Below are positions 50,161 through 63,860 of a stretch of DNA of 64,000 nucleotides, piece after piece. The notes beneath the pieces are model-generated. The model was not told the origin of the DNA. It made no database searches and saw only the letters and a list, made by a program, of their open reading frames with translations. The position numbers and the translations under genes were made by a program. Source of the DNA: Takakia lepidozioides. Taxonomy: Eukaryota; Plantae; Bryophyta. Position 1 is the stretch's first letter. Every line of letters begins with the position of its first letter. The stretch lies in the NCBI GenBank assembly GCA_030704615.1, contig CM060732.1, positions 44,020,001 to 44,084,000 on the forward strand, given 5' to 3'.

Positions 50161-53100
50161 AAAGGCTCGGTTACTGCAGGTGAGAATATCTTCAAGAACA
50201 AGTACAAGGTGTCCGAGGACAAAGAGAACTATTAGGATGAAACTATTGTCACGATTATGGTACTGCCTTCATCACCAAGGTTATCAAGACTTTGGAATTT
50301 CGCTTTGAAATTTTGGGGCAACATGCTTTAGGTGCCTCATAATTGGAATGTGGGTGGGTCTAGCAAAAGGAAAAATCATTTTGGTGCCAAAATTTCTTGG
50401 TCAAACCATTTTTTTCAATCTGAAATTGGAGTATGTTACACATCTTGGGCTTGGAATTTTGTTATAATCTCCCTAATGACACGGTGAAATGAGGTGCAAT
50501 TGTTACAGCAAGTGGATGAAGTAGGTAGCCTGCCTTTCATACGGTTCATCCGTGTGGATGTTTGTTTGCTGAGAAATATACCCTCATCGTTGAGGGTATG
50601 TCCTGTTTTGGAGTGGGCCCACCAAAAACAGCCTCGTCCATCAATATACGAAGCACGAAGCGAGACATTTGCTTTGTTTTGTTTTGTCACGTTAATGAGA
50701 TGTCCCAAACCGGGAGGCCCCAGTCATGGCGCTTGGTCTCATTGGAAAGCCCTCGATGAGGAGGGGTGCATGGGCTTGGTCTCACAATTTTTGGACATGC
50801 GGTGTGGGAGATGTGGAATTTCAAGTACTTTTGGTTGCTGGAAATTCACGGAAAATAGCAAAGTGGGCTTTCCTGGGACAATGATTCGACATGAGAGATA
50901 TCTAGGAAAAGGTCTCCAGTTTAAATTTGGTCGTAGGTTATGTGGAGAAAAATATTTAGACTTAGATGACTTAGATGACATTGGACACTTGGGCCAACGG
51001 CAGAGGCTTTCTTGGAACCTGGACGTGCGATATATCAATATGATTGGATATATTACTACTCAATAAATTCATGGAAAGAAATAAATGGGGCCTTGATATG
51101 GGAATAAATTGGAAAAAAATAAATTGGGCCTTCACATGGGGGACGTACTTGGATACATAGGAGACGCACTGAGATACATTAAGATCTTACACTTGGGCTT
51201 AGATGACACTGGACACTTGGAACAACGACACAGGCTACCCTAGCTACCCTAGTAGATATGAAGTTGGGCTAGGGTCAAGCCATGTCCAGCCCCAAGGGCA
51301 ATGTCGACTTGGCCTGCCACTATTTTTTATTTTTTAGCACATGTCGGTAGCAATTTTGTTTTTTTTTTTTTTTTTTGGGGAAAAACAGGGGACAGAGGCC
51401 TTGGGTTTGATTTTATTAAACATTATTGTGATTAATGTCGACTTGGCATTGACAACCTCGACAAATTAGTGTTAATCTCAAATAATGGGCCGGATGACGT
51501 GCGGACGGATTGAAAGGTGGTTGAAAAGGGATCAAGGATTTATTTTTATCGGAAGACAATACGATTGATGATGAGGATGATCTTACTACAGATGCTGGCA
51601 TGTTTGACAATGAGGCTTGCTTCACTTTGCGTATTAAAATCCGTAATATTATTATGTAACCCAAAGTTTGAATTTTGCAGCAGAATATTTACTTTGTGGA
51701 ATCAAGTATGCTTCTAAATTAAAGGCATATTATTGATTTGGTGGTTATTTTAATTTTAATTTTAATTATTTATATCCGGGTTTATAACCGGCTGGTATTA
51801 CAAATGGGAATACCCGTCCTATTGATACCCGTCCACAAATTACTATTGAAAACAGATTGTACTAGAATTAAGTGAATATTCCAATACTATGGAACCGGCT
51901 GGTATTAAAAAATGTAATACCCGCCCAACATTGGTCTTTACGCAGGGAGATGACGTGGTTCACATGCAATAAAAGTCAATTGTAAGTTTGTAAACGGCAC
52001 ACCACACCGTCCAACATGGTAACAAGAACAAAATGCAAGCCGGCTTTGTTACTATTTACGCACCACCCCCGTTCCCGATAACCCAGTGGTTGAACCGAGT
52101 ATATTCTAAGAAGGCGGGATAGTGGTGACACTCCATTGTCATTCAGAGTACTCAAGTTTGCAGGTTTGCCAATAATAACATCACTCGCGAGGATTCGGCA
52201 CTAGGAGCTTCCCATCTTGATACCATATATCAGCTCTGATCTAAGGCCATCTTGGTGAGTAGGAAGATAGACAACAATTGCAAGCATCGGTCTACCGTGA
52301 TTCGTTCCTCGACGTGAGCTCCTAGCGAAGATCAATATCATGGCTAATTCATGGCAAAAGATAGCGGTGTGCTCTGTATGTCGGCAGTGCTTAAACGGAG
52401 CTCAATCGTTGGTGACCCGCGTCTGGTGAGTAAGCGTCTCCCATATTAGCTGGAAATTGTTACGTCCTCCCTCATGTCTTTTATGTTGTTCATCTCATTT
52501 GACTAGTACCAGGGTTATTTGATGAACTATGAATCATTATTATTGCTTATCGTACGTTTGGAGGTCTAATCTGCTCCTGGAACCCGTGATTGTCCTATGC
52601 TCCTCTGACCTCATCTTTCAGTCTTCCTTAGCTACCTGTTGATCAAAATACTTTTCATCGGTGAAATGTAGTATGGTGCTTCCATGGCAAGCTTTTGCAA
52701 TCATCTTGATGTCTTGCAGTAGATTCTCGATAATCAACATGTCCATTATTGTGGGTGCTTTTGGACTTGAGTGTCATAGATATATATTACGGTTCTTTAT
52801 GTATCAGGTTAAAGTTAGACATCCGTAACCGGCTGATATAAAAAATGTCAACTATCTGTGCAGCACTAATAGATACCTCCGGCTGCACTTTTTGAAAAAA
52901 AATCAAATTTCACTTTTTGTTCAAATTTTTCAAACTCATATCTACTGCTCGTGGATTTGGATGAAGCGTGCTACTGGAATGACAATATGCTCTCGACATG
53001 TATCATATGCATCTATTGTTTCAATTTCCAACGGACGAAGATACAAATGATTAATTCATGGATGTGTGTGTACATTGTGGCATGATCGTTCAAAACAGAA

Positions 53101-53559
53101 TTGTGGTAGTTTTACTTATACTTGCTTTGGACCAACTCTTCCCGGGAGTATTCTCAGGGCCTGTTGCCTCTTTACCAGTAGGGGCAGTACAGGAGCACGC
53201 AATTATATCTCAACTATTATATAGGCAACGTCGACAGGGTTTTGGTGCCGTATGGACACAACTATATGGACACGTGCACCACGATTCAAGTTGCGTACTA
53301 CAAGCACCCCGGAGATGAAGTTGCAGTATTGGCTTTTGGTATTAGGGCTGACGGCACCATGAATTATAATGCAAGATACTATCAAGCCTTGCAAAGAGCA
53401 AGATTGTACCTTGCATTATAATTTAAGGTGCTATTAGCCATCAGGGTTCATCGGGATTTAGCCATCAGGGTTCATTAAGGGCTGGTACATCCTAGATAAT
53501 GTTCTTTTGGCGCAAAAGGCCTCCCCTACGCTGCTAGTTCCAATCAAGCTCTTGCCCTA

Positions 53560-54350
53560 TGGCTCCTGGATAATTTTGAGAAGGCTTTTGATAGGGTGGA
53601 CTGGTCGTTCCTAATGGCAGTCCTCAAAAAAACAGATTTCCCCAACAACTTCTGCCAATGGGTTCACATTCTCCTCGGAAGCCCAAGTGGATGCAAAGTA
53701 TTAGAGACCTGCCAAGAGAATCTGGTTTGCTGCGAGAGCTCTCCCTGTGATAAATCTATGGGTTCTCCTTTTTGGTCTCCCATCTGGAAGGCATGAAACT
53801 GCTTCAGACCCTTTCTAAAAAAACAAGAGCCTACCAATTTCCATGAATCCTTGAGGCAACACCTGTTCCGTTCCAAAATTTGCCAAGCCCATCCTTAGAG
53901 GAGAAGGCTTCTGCCAAGGCAGGATGAGAAATTAGAGGTTTCTCTACTGTCAAGCATCTCTGGGAAAGCACTCTACCTTCGCTTTCAGGTCGCTTTGGGC
54001 ACCCGCCGTCTCTAGTCTGGCATTACAACATCATCCAGTCCATCCCAGACCCATGGAAATTGATCTTTAAAGATGGACCACCGCCTTTCAGGCCTCATCA
54101 GTGGGTCATTACCAACCCTGCTCTTCACATTCTATACACCTCGGAAGTGACAGACTCGTGTATCTCTGGGTATGCATTCTATTCCAATGATTTCTCTGGC
54201 TTTCTATCCATCATATCCCTACAACCCATTACTCTCCCCTTAGCCTCCGCCTCCCACGCATGAATCTGTCTTTGGTCCTCCCCTGACAAAGCCTTCAATC
54301 CTAAGGCCCCCATTGGGCAGCCTATTATTCCCTGGCTAAAGGGCAGCACT
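53560..54350 (+). mobile_element. L1-like LINE reverse transcriptase fragment
   Basis: FEKAFDRVDWSFLMAVLKKTDFPNNFCQWVHIL. Confidence 0.8.
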
Positions 54351-54360
54351 TTTGTGCTTA

Positions 54361-54785
54361 CACTACTACATTTAGGGGGGGTTAGCGACGCCAGGACCCC
54401 GGGCGCGCCGGACGCGCCGACCCCCTGCGACTGCAGCGTCGCACAGGCGCCCGGCTCGGGACTTGCGACGTCGGGGCGTCGTAACGCCGGCGCTCGGACG
54501 ACGTTGTGGCATCTTGCGATGCCATGCCGTCGCCGGAAAGGGGCCTGACCCCATTCCCCCGCCAACGCACTGGGGGGGTTGCGATGCCTTGGCGTCGCAA
54601 CAATTTGCTGCGACGCCCCCGGGATGCTGCGACGCCGGGGAATCGCAACGAGACATCGCGCCGCAGCCCTGCGACGGCAGGGAATCGCAATGCCTTGAAA
54701 AACCGTTTTTTTTTTTTTTTTTTTTTTTTTTTTCGCGATTCCCCGGCGTCCTGGGGGTGTCGCGGGAAATTGATTCTGGGAGTAG
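54361..54785. mobile_element. Non-autonomous CACTA-like element
   Basis: Starts CACTACTACA...TTAGCGACG; dense GCGAC/GTCGC subterminal repeats; the right end is degenerate (no perfect TAGTG). Confidence 0.55.
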
Positions 54786-55420
54786 ATTGTAGAGCATAAT
54801 GGGCTTGGCATCCTCAGACTATAGCCATTGTCCAACAATAAGTTGCAATGCAGCTTTGCAAAACTTAGGCCATTGATAGATATTTGTTCTTGAAGAACTC
54901 TGGGGACAAGTCTCGCTGCAAGTTCCAGCTGTGCGAGCTCATGTAGAGTACGCATAATCTGCAACACAATGATAGGATTGAGATAGTGGTAGTCACTAGG
55001 AGCTAACTCTTGATATTCTAGCGACGACCGAAGGTCGGAAGCTAGTTTAGCGTAGAGCAGGAATAGGGTGCCATAGTGCCACGTCATCGTAGCCGTCAAT
55101 TTCTTTGGAATCTGCCCGGACGGCCCCCGCGAAATAGGCCAATAGAAATCGCCGCGCCAACGTTTTTGGAACTACCCGCAATGCCCGAATCTTGATCTTC
55201 TTGAACTGCATGAGCTCTGTGTTTTCCGCCATCGTTCACCTTGCAAGCACAGGCATGGATAGCTGAAGGAGCAGGGATCGAGTGTGGGTCCAGATTCATC
55301 CAAAAGGGCCCTCCAGATTAACTATGATTCGAAAAGAGAGGAAAAGAGGAAAAGAGATGAGGGGGAGGGAATGAAAGGATGGACCAATGAACACACCAGG
55401 GATGGACTCTGCTGTAACAG

Positions 55421-55548
55421 AGCAAATGAAATATGTCGTGAATCAAAGCGACAAACCATCATTGCTGAGGATGTGCTCAAAGCTGTTGAGGAGCTGGACC
55501 TCACCGAGTTTTGTGAGCCCTTGAAAGCTGCACTTGCAAGTATGTATG

Positions 55549-55602
<54 letters not shown>

Positions 55603-56182
55603 GATGATTTGCAGTGATGACTTAAGTGGATTATTTGAGTTTTTTGTTCTGTCTTTCCTATGGGGCAAGGTGCCAGATCAAACTCTAGTAGAAAACCTCT
55701 TCACGGAACACCTCAGAAGTTTGAAAAAGCCAAAAAAATCAACAAAGGCACTAGTCTTTCTCACACTCTGTGTGTCTTCCCTGGCCCTTGTTGGGGTCTA
55801 ATTGATAGGCAGCTCACACACAGCAGATTGATGCTCGTGTGAAGGGATTTCTAGGAGAACCTGGAAAGCTGTTTATACCAAGGTAAGTCCCACTATTGGA
55901 GTGAGCCCCTGACAAAGGTAGCGTCTGTTCCCTCTTGTTCTACCCAAACTGGGCGTAGGGTCTATGACAACATCATCTCATGAGTACATTCTATGTCTTC
56001 CTTTTACATGACTTATCTAGACTGTCTTTAAAAAACAAAGTTCTTGAGCAATTATGGGTGCTTGCAGGCTTCAGGAAAGATAATGAGTCTAAGAAATTTG
56101 AAACAAAATGGAAAGGTGGGGTCAAAAAGAGAAAGCCTGATGGTGACACTAAAGAGGGGGAAGCAAATTCAATCGCAAATGG
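55421..56182 (+). pseudogene. Two-exon fragment of a histone-fold protein, DPB4/POLE3 (NF-YB-like) type
   Basis: ANEICRESKRQTIIAEDVLKAVEELDLTEFCEPLKAALA | FRKDNESKK..KKRK; intron 55540-56067; the N-terminal exon is missing. Confidence 0.7.
55551..55600 (+). repeat. (TC)25 microsatellite
   Basis: Directly visible. Confidence 0.95.
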
Positions 56183-56469
56183 TATTCTTCCTGATGTTTA
56201 CAAGGTTCTTGGGAGATTCAACTTGGTCTTAGCATGCCGTGTTTCAATCTATGCCTGCTCAGCTGCACCGTGGTGGTTCTCACAGACCAATCCAACATTA
56301 CCTGACTACAGACAAAAGCAGCACACACAAGAGGTATTTTTGGGTTGATGGTCCGTCAAATCCTCCATGGGTCATGACACTAGGTCAAGGACAATGTGGT
56401 GAGGGCACCTTCTTCTTCGACCTATTTCAGCCTGTTTTTCCCTCTCATCATACTCGACCCTGAGATGCG

Positions 56470-58190
56470 TCTGATAATTGCAAGATATGATCAGCATGGC
56501 TGTGGTAGGGCGGATTGCCAGATGTATGAACACCCAACAGCATTACATTCATTTCTATTCTCAATGCTTGTGCCAGCCTAGAAGCCCTGGAAAAAAGTAC
56601 ATAGGTCCATGTTGACATAGTGGAAGCTGGAATTGCACCAGATATCATTCTGGAGACTATCCTTGTCGATATGTATGCGTCGTGTTTCAATCTTTGCCTG
56701 CCTAGCTGCACCATTTCACTTTTCCGACCCCAGTCGATGGTGGGACAAATGGAGACAAAAAGGTGAATGCCTATTGGATACAGAGAGAAACAGATGCAAT
56801 TCAGAATTGGGTTGGTCAGTGTCAGTTGCTAGCAGGTCTCCATGGGCTCGTTGAGTGTATCTGTGGTGGTTAGGAGTGACTTTGACAAGTTACTGCCGAT
56901 GTGGCAGCAGGAAAGTATCCAAAAATAGATAACATAGATGAGGAGAAGCTTGTTGACGTTTGTTTGCATTTGCAATGCGTGTGCAAGCCTGGCAGCCCTG
57001 GAAAGGTGCAATGAGGTCCATGGTGACATTGTCAAAGCTGATTTTGTACCAGATGTCATTCTGAACACAGCCCTGCTGGACATGTATGTCAAATGTGAGT
57101 GCATTGAGAATGCAAAGGGAGTTTTCGACAGTATGGCTGAAAGAAATGTGGTGTCATGGAGGGCGATGATTGCAGGATATGCACAGCAAGGGGTGGGATG
57201 GAGGCTTCAGAGACCTATGAACAAATGATGGGGGAAGGGGTGAAGCCCGACCACATAGCATTTGTTTGCATTTTCAATGCGTGTGCAAGCCTGGCAGCTC
57301 TGGAAAAGTGCAAAGTGGTCCATGGTGACATCGTCACATCTGGAATTGTACCCAATGTCATTCTGAACACTGCCCTGCTGGACATGTATGTCAAATGTGA
57401 GTGCATTGAGGATGCAAAGGAAGTTTTCGACAGTATGGCTGAAGGAGATGTGGTGTCGTGGAGGGCGATGATTGCAGAATATGCACAGCAAGGGCGCGGG
57501 ATGGAGGCGTTGGAGACCTATGAGCAATTGATGTGCGAAGGGGTGAAGCCCAACCGCATAATGTTTGTGTGCATTTGCAATGCATGTGCAAGCCTGGCAG
57601 CTTTGGAAAGATGCATTGAGGTCCATGCATGTGACATCGTCAAAGCTGGATTTGTACCAGATGTCATCCTGAACACTGCCCTGCTAGACATGTATGTCAA
57701 ATGTGAGTGCATCTAGGATGCAAAGGGAGTGTTCGACAGTATGGCAAAAAGAAATGTGGTGTTGTGGAGGGCGATGATTACAAGATATGCACAACAAAGG
57801 GCGGGATGGAGGCTTTGGAGACCTATGAGCAATTGATGTGCGAAAGGGTGAAGCCCAACCACATCACATTTGTTTGCGTTTGCAATGCTTGTGCAAGCCT
57901 GGCAGCCCTGGAAAGGTGCAATGAGGTCCATGGGACATCGTCAAAGCTGGATTTGTACCAGATGTCATCCTGAACACTGCCCTGCTGGACCTGTATGTCA
58001 AATGTGAGTGCATCAAGGATGCAAAGGGAGTGTTCGACAGGATGACTGAACGAAATGTGGTGTCGTGGAATTCCATGATCGCAGGATATGCCCAGCATGG
58101 TTGTCATAGGGAGGTCCTGCAACTATTTGAAGGAATGTAAAAGAACGGCTTGAAGCCGGACAGTATCACCTTTATATGTGGTCTCTCTGG
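56470..58190 (+). pseudogene. PLS-class PPR array, tandemly amplified ~300-bp units, frameshifted
   Basis: Repeated GVKPDHI.FVCI.NACASLAALE...PDVILNTALLDMYVKC...VFDSM..RNVVSWRAMIAGYAQQG. Confidence 0.9.
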
Positions 58191-58199
58191 GTAGATGGT

Positions 58200-58550
58200 C
58201 AACTGAATGCAGCAGTTGCAGCGACACGGTTGATGAAATCAAGCACCTCATCCATCACCACAGCTTCTAAAAGAGGATAAAGAGAGGGAGTCCACAATGC
58301 CACTTCTGGCACTTCTGGGCATGTGAAGATGCTTTGTGAGGCAGGCAGACTGAAAGAGGCTCTACAGACTTTAAACCAAGGAGGCATTTCAGCAGATTCA
58401 GAAACGTATGTCTGTCTCTTGCATAAGTGCATCAAGGTGAAAGGCCTGGAAGCTGGAAAGCAGATGCACACTCACATTATCCAAAGTGGATTCACGCCAA
58501 ATGTTTTTCTCCTCAACACCCTCGTCAACATGTATGTTAAGTGCGGGGGT
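58200..58550 (+). pseudogene. N-terminal part of a PLS PPR gene
   Basis: LCEAGRLKEAL...DSETYVCLLHKC...GKQMHTHIIQSGFTPNVFLLNTLVNMYVKCG. Confidence 0.8.
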
Positions 58551-59344
58551 GTTTGCTGGAAGAATTCTAGGCTATCATTGTATGTTGCTAGCAGCAAGGC
58601 AAGGATGTATGCATGATTTGTGCAGAGGCATGGATAGCTGAAGGAGCAGGGATGAAGTGTGGGTTCCCTCTTATCAGAACCGGCCCTAAATTTTCATGTT
58701 GAATTCTGCCCGGGGGGTGCACCCTTCATAAAAAGACCATATCATGTGCGTGCATCAGCCAATAAACAATACCCCTGTATATAGCTTAATTCATGAATTT
58801 ATCATATGTATACATATTCTTAAGACTTTATTAAAACCCCTAGAGTATTTATATAAAACAAACAATTAATGAATAACAATACCCTGCTGTATGTATTCAT
58901 GTGTTCATTGAGAATATAAAAACCCTTTATTTATGTATAAATGTTAATACAAAATTATGGACAAACTATAGATCGGATCTAAAAAAAATCAAAATAACTT
59001 GTGTAACCAATACAAATTAGTATAAAATTTATTTTCCGTTTATAGAATTGTTAAAAACGTGCTGAAATGTGTTGAGAAAGGTGCCTTCATTAGTAGTTCT
59101 TTGTTTTATCAATAGTGTTGCTGCCGCTATTGTTTCCACTTAGGCCAAAACAATAAGTTTTTTTTTAAAAGAAAGATAGGGGGATTTGTGTGCAGCAGCT
59201 GTTGCTCCTCCTCCTCACCCTCTCTCCCTCCCCCGTTTTCCTTGGCCTAAGTAGGGGGAAGAGAGACAACAGTAGCAGCTGCTGCTCTCTCCCTGCTTAG
59301 GCAAACAAAAGGAAAAAAAACAATAATAGTAATAACCGATCTCG

Positions 59345-59765
59345 TTGCTCCCACATTTGACATACATGTTGACGTGGGTACTGTTCAAAATGACACCTGA
59401 TATAACCCTAGCTTTGACAACATCGACATGGACCTCTTTGCCTTTTTCGAGGGCCTTGCATGGTTGTTCATGCATTATAAACACAAACGAACATGATCTG
59501 GTCCAACTTCAAGCCTTCCTGCATCATTTGCTCATAGGTCTCTATGTCAAAGTCTTCATGCCGCACCCCTCCTATGCATATCCTGCATTCATCACGTTCC
59601 ACAACATCATATCTCATTCAGCCATATTATCAAAACACTGCATCTAGTTAAACCACCTTACTGCAGCCGCTCTTGAATTACATGTCCACCAAGGTAGGGT
59701 TCAAAATGACATATGATACAATTCCAGCTCTTACGATGTCACCATGGACTTCTTTGCCCTTTTCG
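59345..59765 (-). pseudogene. PPR fragments
   Basis: ALEKGKEVHVDVVKA...VILNSTHVNMYVKCGS. Confidence 0.75.
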
Positions 59766-60099
59766 AAAAGGTATCAGGAGATAAAGAACTCCCTCTCTCT
59801 CTCTCTCTCTCTCTCTGTCCCCCTTAAGCTCCCGAAGCGATGAATTCAAGGTCAGATGGTGGGGTTAGCTGCAACGTATGACTAATACCCGATATCCTAA
59901 GTTAATCGACTCTATATCTTGGAAGCAGGATTGCCCAATAGATTTCAAATAGTTTGGATTCTAATTTAATGTCCCGGTAGCTATATAAACTATTCTAAGT
60001 ATCAAATTGTTGTACAAGGAAGAACAAGCTCATGTAAAATGTGATGGGACATATAGCTTGTTGTTAGCTGCTGAGTAGGGAGAACATTCTGCTGCTCAG

Positions 60100-61460
60100 A
60101 TGGATCCCACCTGCCAGCTGCAGCATAGATATTTGATAGCAACACATAAGTCGCAGCATCCTGTTCATCCGACATGAAGACAAATGTTGCCGCATGTTCA
60201 GCCATCTCCACATTGCCATGGATTCTGCAGGCATCAAGCAAGGCCTTCCACACCACAACATCTGGATTGATGGCATTTTATTAATCGGGTCCACTGCCTC
60301 ATCCAGTTGTCCCGCACGTCCAAGAAGGTCCACCATGCAGCCAAAGTGCTTTACTGTCAGAGTGACACCATGATCTTGACTAAGGGAATCAAAGTAGTGT
60401 CTTCCTTCATCCAGTAGGCCAATGTGGCTGCATGCAGATACAACACATATAAAGGTGATATTGTCCGACTTCAAACCGTTCTTTTGCATTCCTTCAAATA
60501 GTTGCAGGACTTCCCTATAACAACCATGCTGGGCATATCTTGCAATCATCGCATTCCGTGACACCACATTTCGTTCAGCCTGCATATTGTCAAATACTCC
60601 CTTTGCATCCTCAATGCACCCACATTTCGCATACATGTCCACCGGGGCAGTGTCCAGAATGACATTTCCCCATCATTTCCCCTTCCCCCATCATTTGCTC
60701 ATAGGTCTCCAAGGCCTCCATCGGTGCCCCTGCTGTGCATATCCTGCATATGGTGTTCCATGACACCAAATCTTGTTCCGCCTTGAACACTCACTCCGCA
60801 TCCCCAATGCCCCGATGCTCCCACATTTGGCATACATGTCCACAAGGGCAATGTCCAAATCACATATGGTACAATTCCAGATTGACATGCAACCATGGAC
60901 CTCTTTGCCCTTTTCCAGGGCTGCCAGAGTTGCACTGAAACGTTATGTGGTCGGGCTTCACCCCTTCTCCCATCATTTTCACATACGTCTCCAAAGCCTA
61001 CATCCCATGCCCCTGCTGTGCACATCCTGCAAGCATCGCGCGTTCCATGATACCATATCTCGTCCAGCCATAGTGTTGAACATTCCCTCCGCACCCTCAA
61101 TGCTCCCACATTTGGCATACATGTCCACGAGGGTATTGTTCATAATCACATCTGGTACAATTCCAGCTTTTGCGATGCAATCATGCACCTCTTTGCCCTT
61201 TTCCAGGGCTGCCAGGCTTGCACATGGACTGCAAATGCACACAAACATGATGTGGTCGGGCTTTACCCCTTCCCCCATCATTTGCTCATAGGTCTCCAAA
61301 GCCTCCATCCCGCGTCCCTGCTGTGCATACCCTGCAAGCATCGCACTCCACGACACCACATCTCATTTAGCCATAGTGTTGAACACTTCCTTTGCATTCT
61401 CAAAGCACCCACATTGACATACATGTCCACCAGGGCAGTGTTCAGAATGACATCTGGTAA
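60100..61460 (-). pseudogene. PLS-E class PPR (RNA-editing-factor type) pseudogene, truncated before E+/DYW
   Basis: FICVVSACSHIGLLDEGRHYFDS...HFGCMVDLLGRAGQLDEA...VWKALLDACRIHGNVEMAE...ATYVLLSNIYAAAGRWD. Confidence 0.9.
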
Positions 61461-63860
61461 TCTGACAGGCATTCACCTTTTTCCCTCGGTTGTCCCACCA
61501 TTGACTGGGGTCAGAAAAGTACTCACTCCACAACTTCTCTTCGTCTCTGCTACCTGTTTCTGGATACTTTCCTATTGTCACATTGGCAGTATCATGTCAA
61601 AGCCACTCCAAAGTAACTCAACCAGCTAACTTGCAGAATTCAACATGAAAATTTGGGGCCGATTCTGATAAAGGGGAAAAACAGGGTGAACGGTGTTGAA
61701 GAAGGTGCCTTGATTAGTAGTGCCTCATTTTATAAATTGTGTCGCCGCTACTGCTGCGGCTTCCAGTTGACCATCTACCCATGCAGGTATATTGTAGCTA
61801 TCCTTCCACAGGAATCATAGGTAATCTGGAGCTTGTAATCCGGCCCTCTTGGATGAATCTGGACCCACACTCTATCCCTGCTCCTTCAGCTATCCATGCC
61901 TCTGCACGAATCATGCTTACATCCTTGCCTTGCTGCTAGCAGCTGACAATGACAGCCTAGAATTCTTCAGCAAAACCCCCAACCATACTTCTCACACTAG
62001 TTTCTATGCTGACTTGCGTTTGCTTCCAACAGACATTCACCTTTTTGCCTCGATTGTTCCACCATTGATTGGGGTCGTTCATTCCAGAGCTTCTCCTCAT
62101 CTCCGTTATATGTTTTTCGATACTTTACTGTTGCCACATTGCCAGTAACATGTCAAAATCACTCCAAAACCACCATAGAGACGAGCTAACTTGCATAATT
62201 CAGTATGAAAATTTAGGGACGACTTTGATAATAGGGAAAAACAAGGTGAAATGTGTTGAAGAAGGTGCCTTCATTATACTCAATTGTGCTGTTGCCGCTG
62301 CTGTTTCCAGCTGACCATCTACCCACACAGATTTCTTGTAGCTATTGATCCACAGGGAATCAGAAGTAATCTTGTGTTTGAAATCCAACCCCCTTGGATG
62401 AATCTGGACCTCTATCCCTGGTCCTTCAGCCAGCTAACTGGCAGATTTCAACATGGAAATTTAGAGCCAATTCAGATAAGAGGGAAAAACAGGGTGAAAT
62501 GTTTTGAAGAAGGTGCCTTCATTAGCAGTACCTGATTTTATCCATTGTGCCGCTGCTGCTGCGGCTTCCAGTTGACCATATGCCTTCCATAGGGAATCAT
62601 AGGTAATCTGGAGCTTGAAATCCGGCCCTCTTGGATGAATCTGGGCCTACATTCTATCCTTGCTAGCAGCTGACATTGATGGCATGAAGTTCTTCCAGCA
62701 AACACCCCAACCCTACCTATAGTAACATGTCAAAATCACTCCAAAACCACCATAGATCCACCAGTGAGCTTCTCCTCATCTATGTTATCTGTTTTTTGAT
62801 ACTTTCTTGCTGCCACATCGGCAGTAACTTGTCAAAGTCACCCCTAACCATCACATATCCACCCAACGAGCTAACTGACAGAAATCAATATGCATCTCAA
62901 GGCCGAATCTGATGAGAGGGTAAAACAGACAGAAATAGGTTGAAAAAGAAGGTGCCCTCACCACATTGTCCTTGACCTTATGTCATGACCCATGGAGGAT
63001 TTCACCGAACATCAACCCTAAAGGACCTTGTGTGTGTGTGCAGCTTGTGTCTGAAGCCTTCAGAATGACATCTGGTAATGTGCAGGCATTCACCTTTTTG
63101 CCTCGTTTGTCCCACCATTGGCTGGGGTCAGAAAAGTATTCATCCCACAACTTCTCCTCATCTTTGTTTACCTATTTTTGGATACTTTCCTGTGTCACAT
63201 TGACAGTATCATGTCAAAGTCACTCCAAACTACCAAAGGCTCACTCAATCAGCTAACTTGCAGAATTCAACATGGAAATGTAGGGCAGATTCTGATAAGC
63301 GGGAACAGGGTGAAATGTGTTGAAGAAGGTGCTTCTCCTACCCTATGTTATCTGTTTTTGGATACTTTCCTGCTGCCACATCAGCAGTAACTTGTCAAAG
63401 TCACTCCTAACCACCACGGATCCATCCAACGAGCTAACTTACAGAGTTCAATACGCATCTCAAGGCCGAGTCTGATGAGAGGGTAAAACAGGCAGAAATA
63501 GGTTGAAGAAGAAGAACCACATTGTCCTTGACCTTGTGTCATGACCCATGGAGGATTTCACCGAACATCAACCCTAAAGAACCTCTTGTGTATGCAGCTT
63601 GTGTCTGCAACCTTCAGAATGACATCTGGTAATCTGCAGGCATTCACATTTTTGCCTCGTTTGTCCCACCATTGGCTGGGGTCAGAAAAGTATTCATCCC
63701 ACAGCTTCTCCTCATCTTTGTTTACCTGTTTTTGGATACTTTCCTGTGTCACATTGGCAGTATCATGTCAATAAGATGGGAAAACAGGGTGAAATGTGTT
63801 GAAGAAGGTGCTTCTCCTACCCTATGTGATCTGTTTTTGGATACTTTCCTGGTTCAATTG
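61460..63860 (-). pseudogene. Shuffled tandem repeats encoding OSB-type PDF motifs (organellar ssDNA-binding protein-like)
   Basis: EEKLW.EYFSDPSQWWD(N/K)RGK.VN occurs three times; DFKHKITSDSLWINSYKKSVWVDGQL; NPPWV. Related pieces lie on the plus strand at ~55245-55325, 56265-56950 and 58545-58670. Confidence 0.65.

Noticed and set aside
54179-55099. 306-aa ORF
   Set aside because: It spans a LINE fragment, a GC-rich CACTA-like element and a poly-T run (read as poly-K); an artefact of low stop-codon density.
60002-60110. DYW deaminase domain
   Set aside because: Similarity stops after AAAGRWD; no PG box, HxE or CxxC motif follows.
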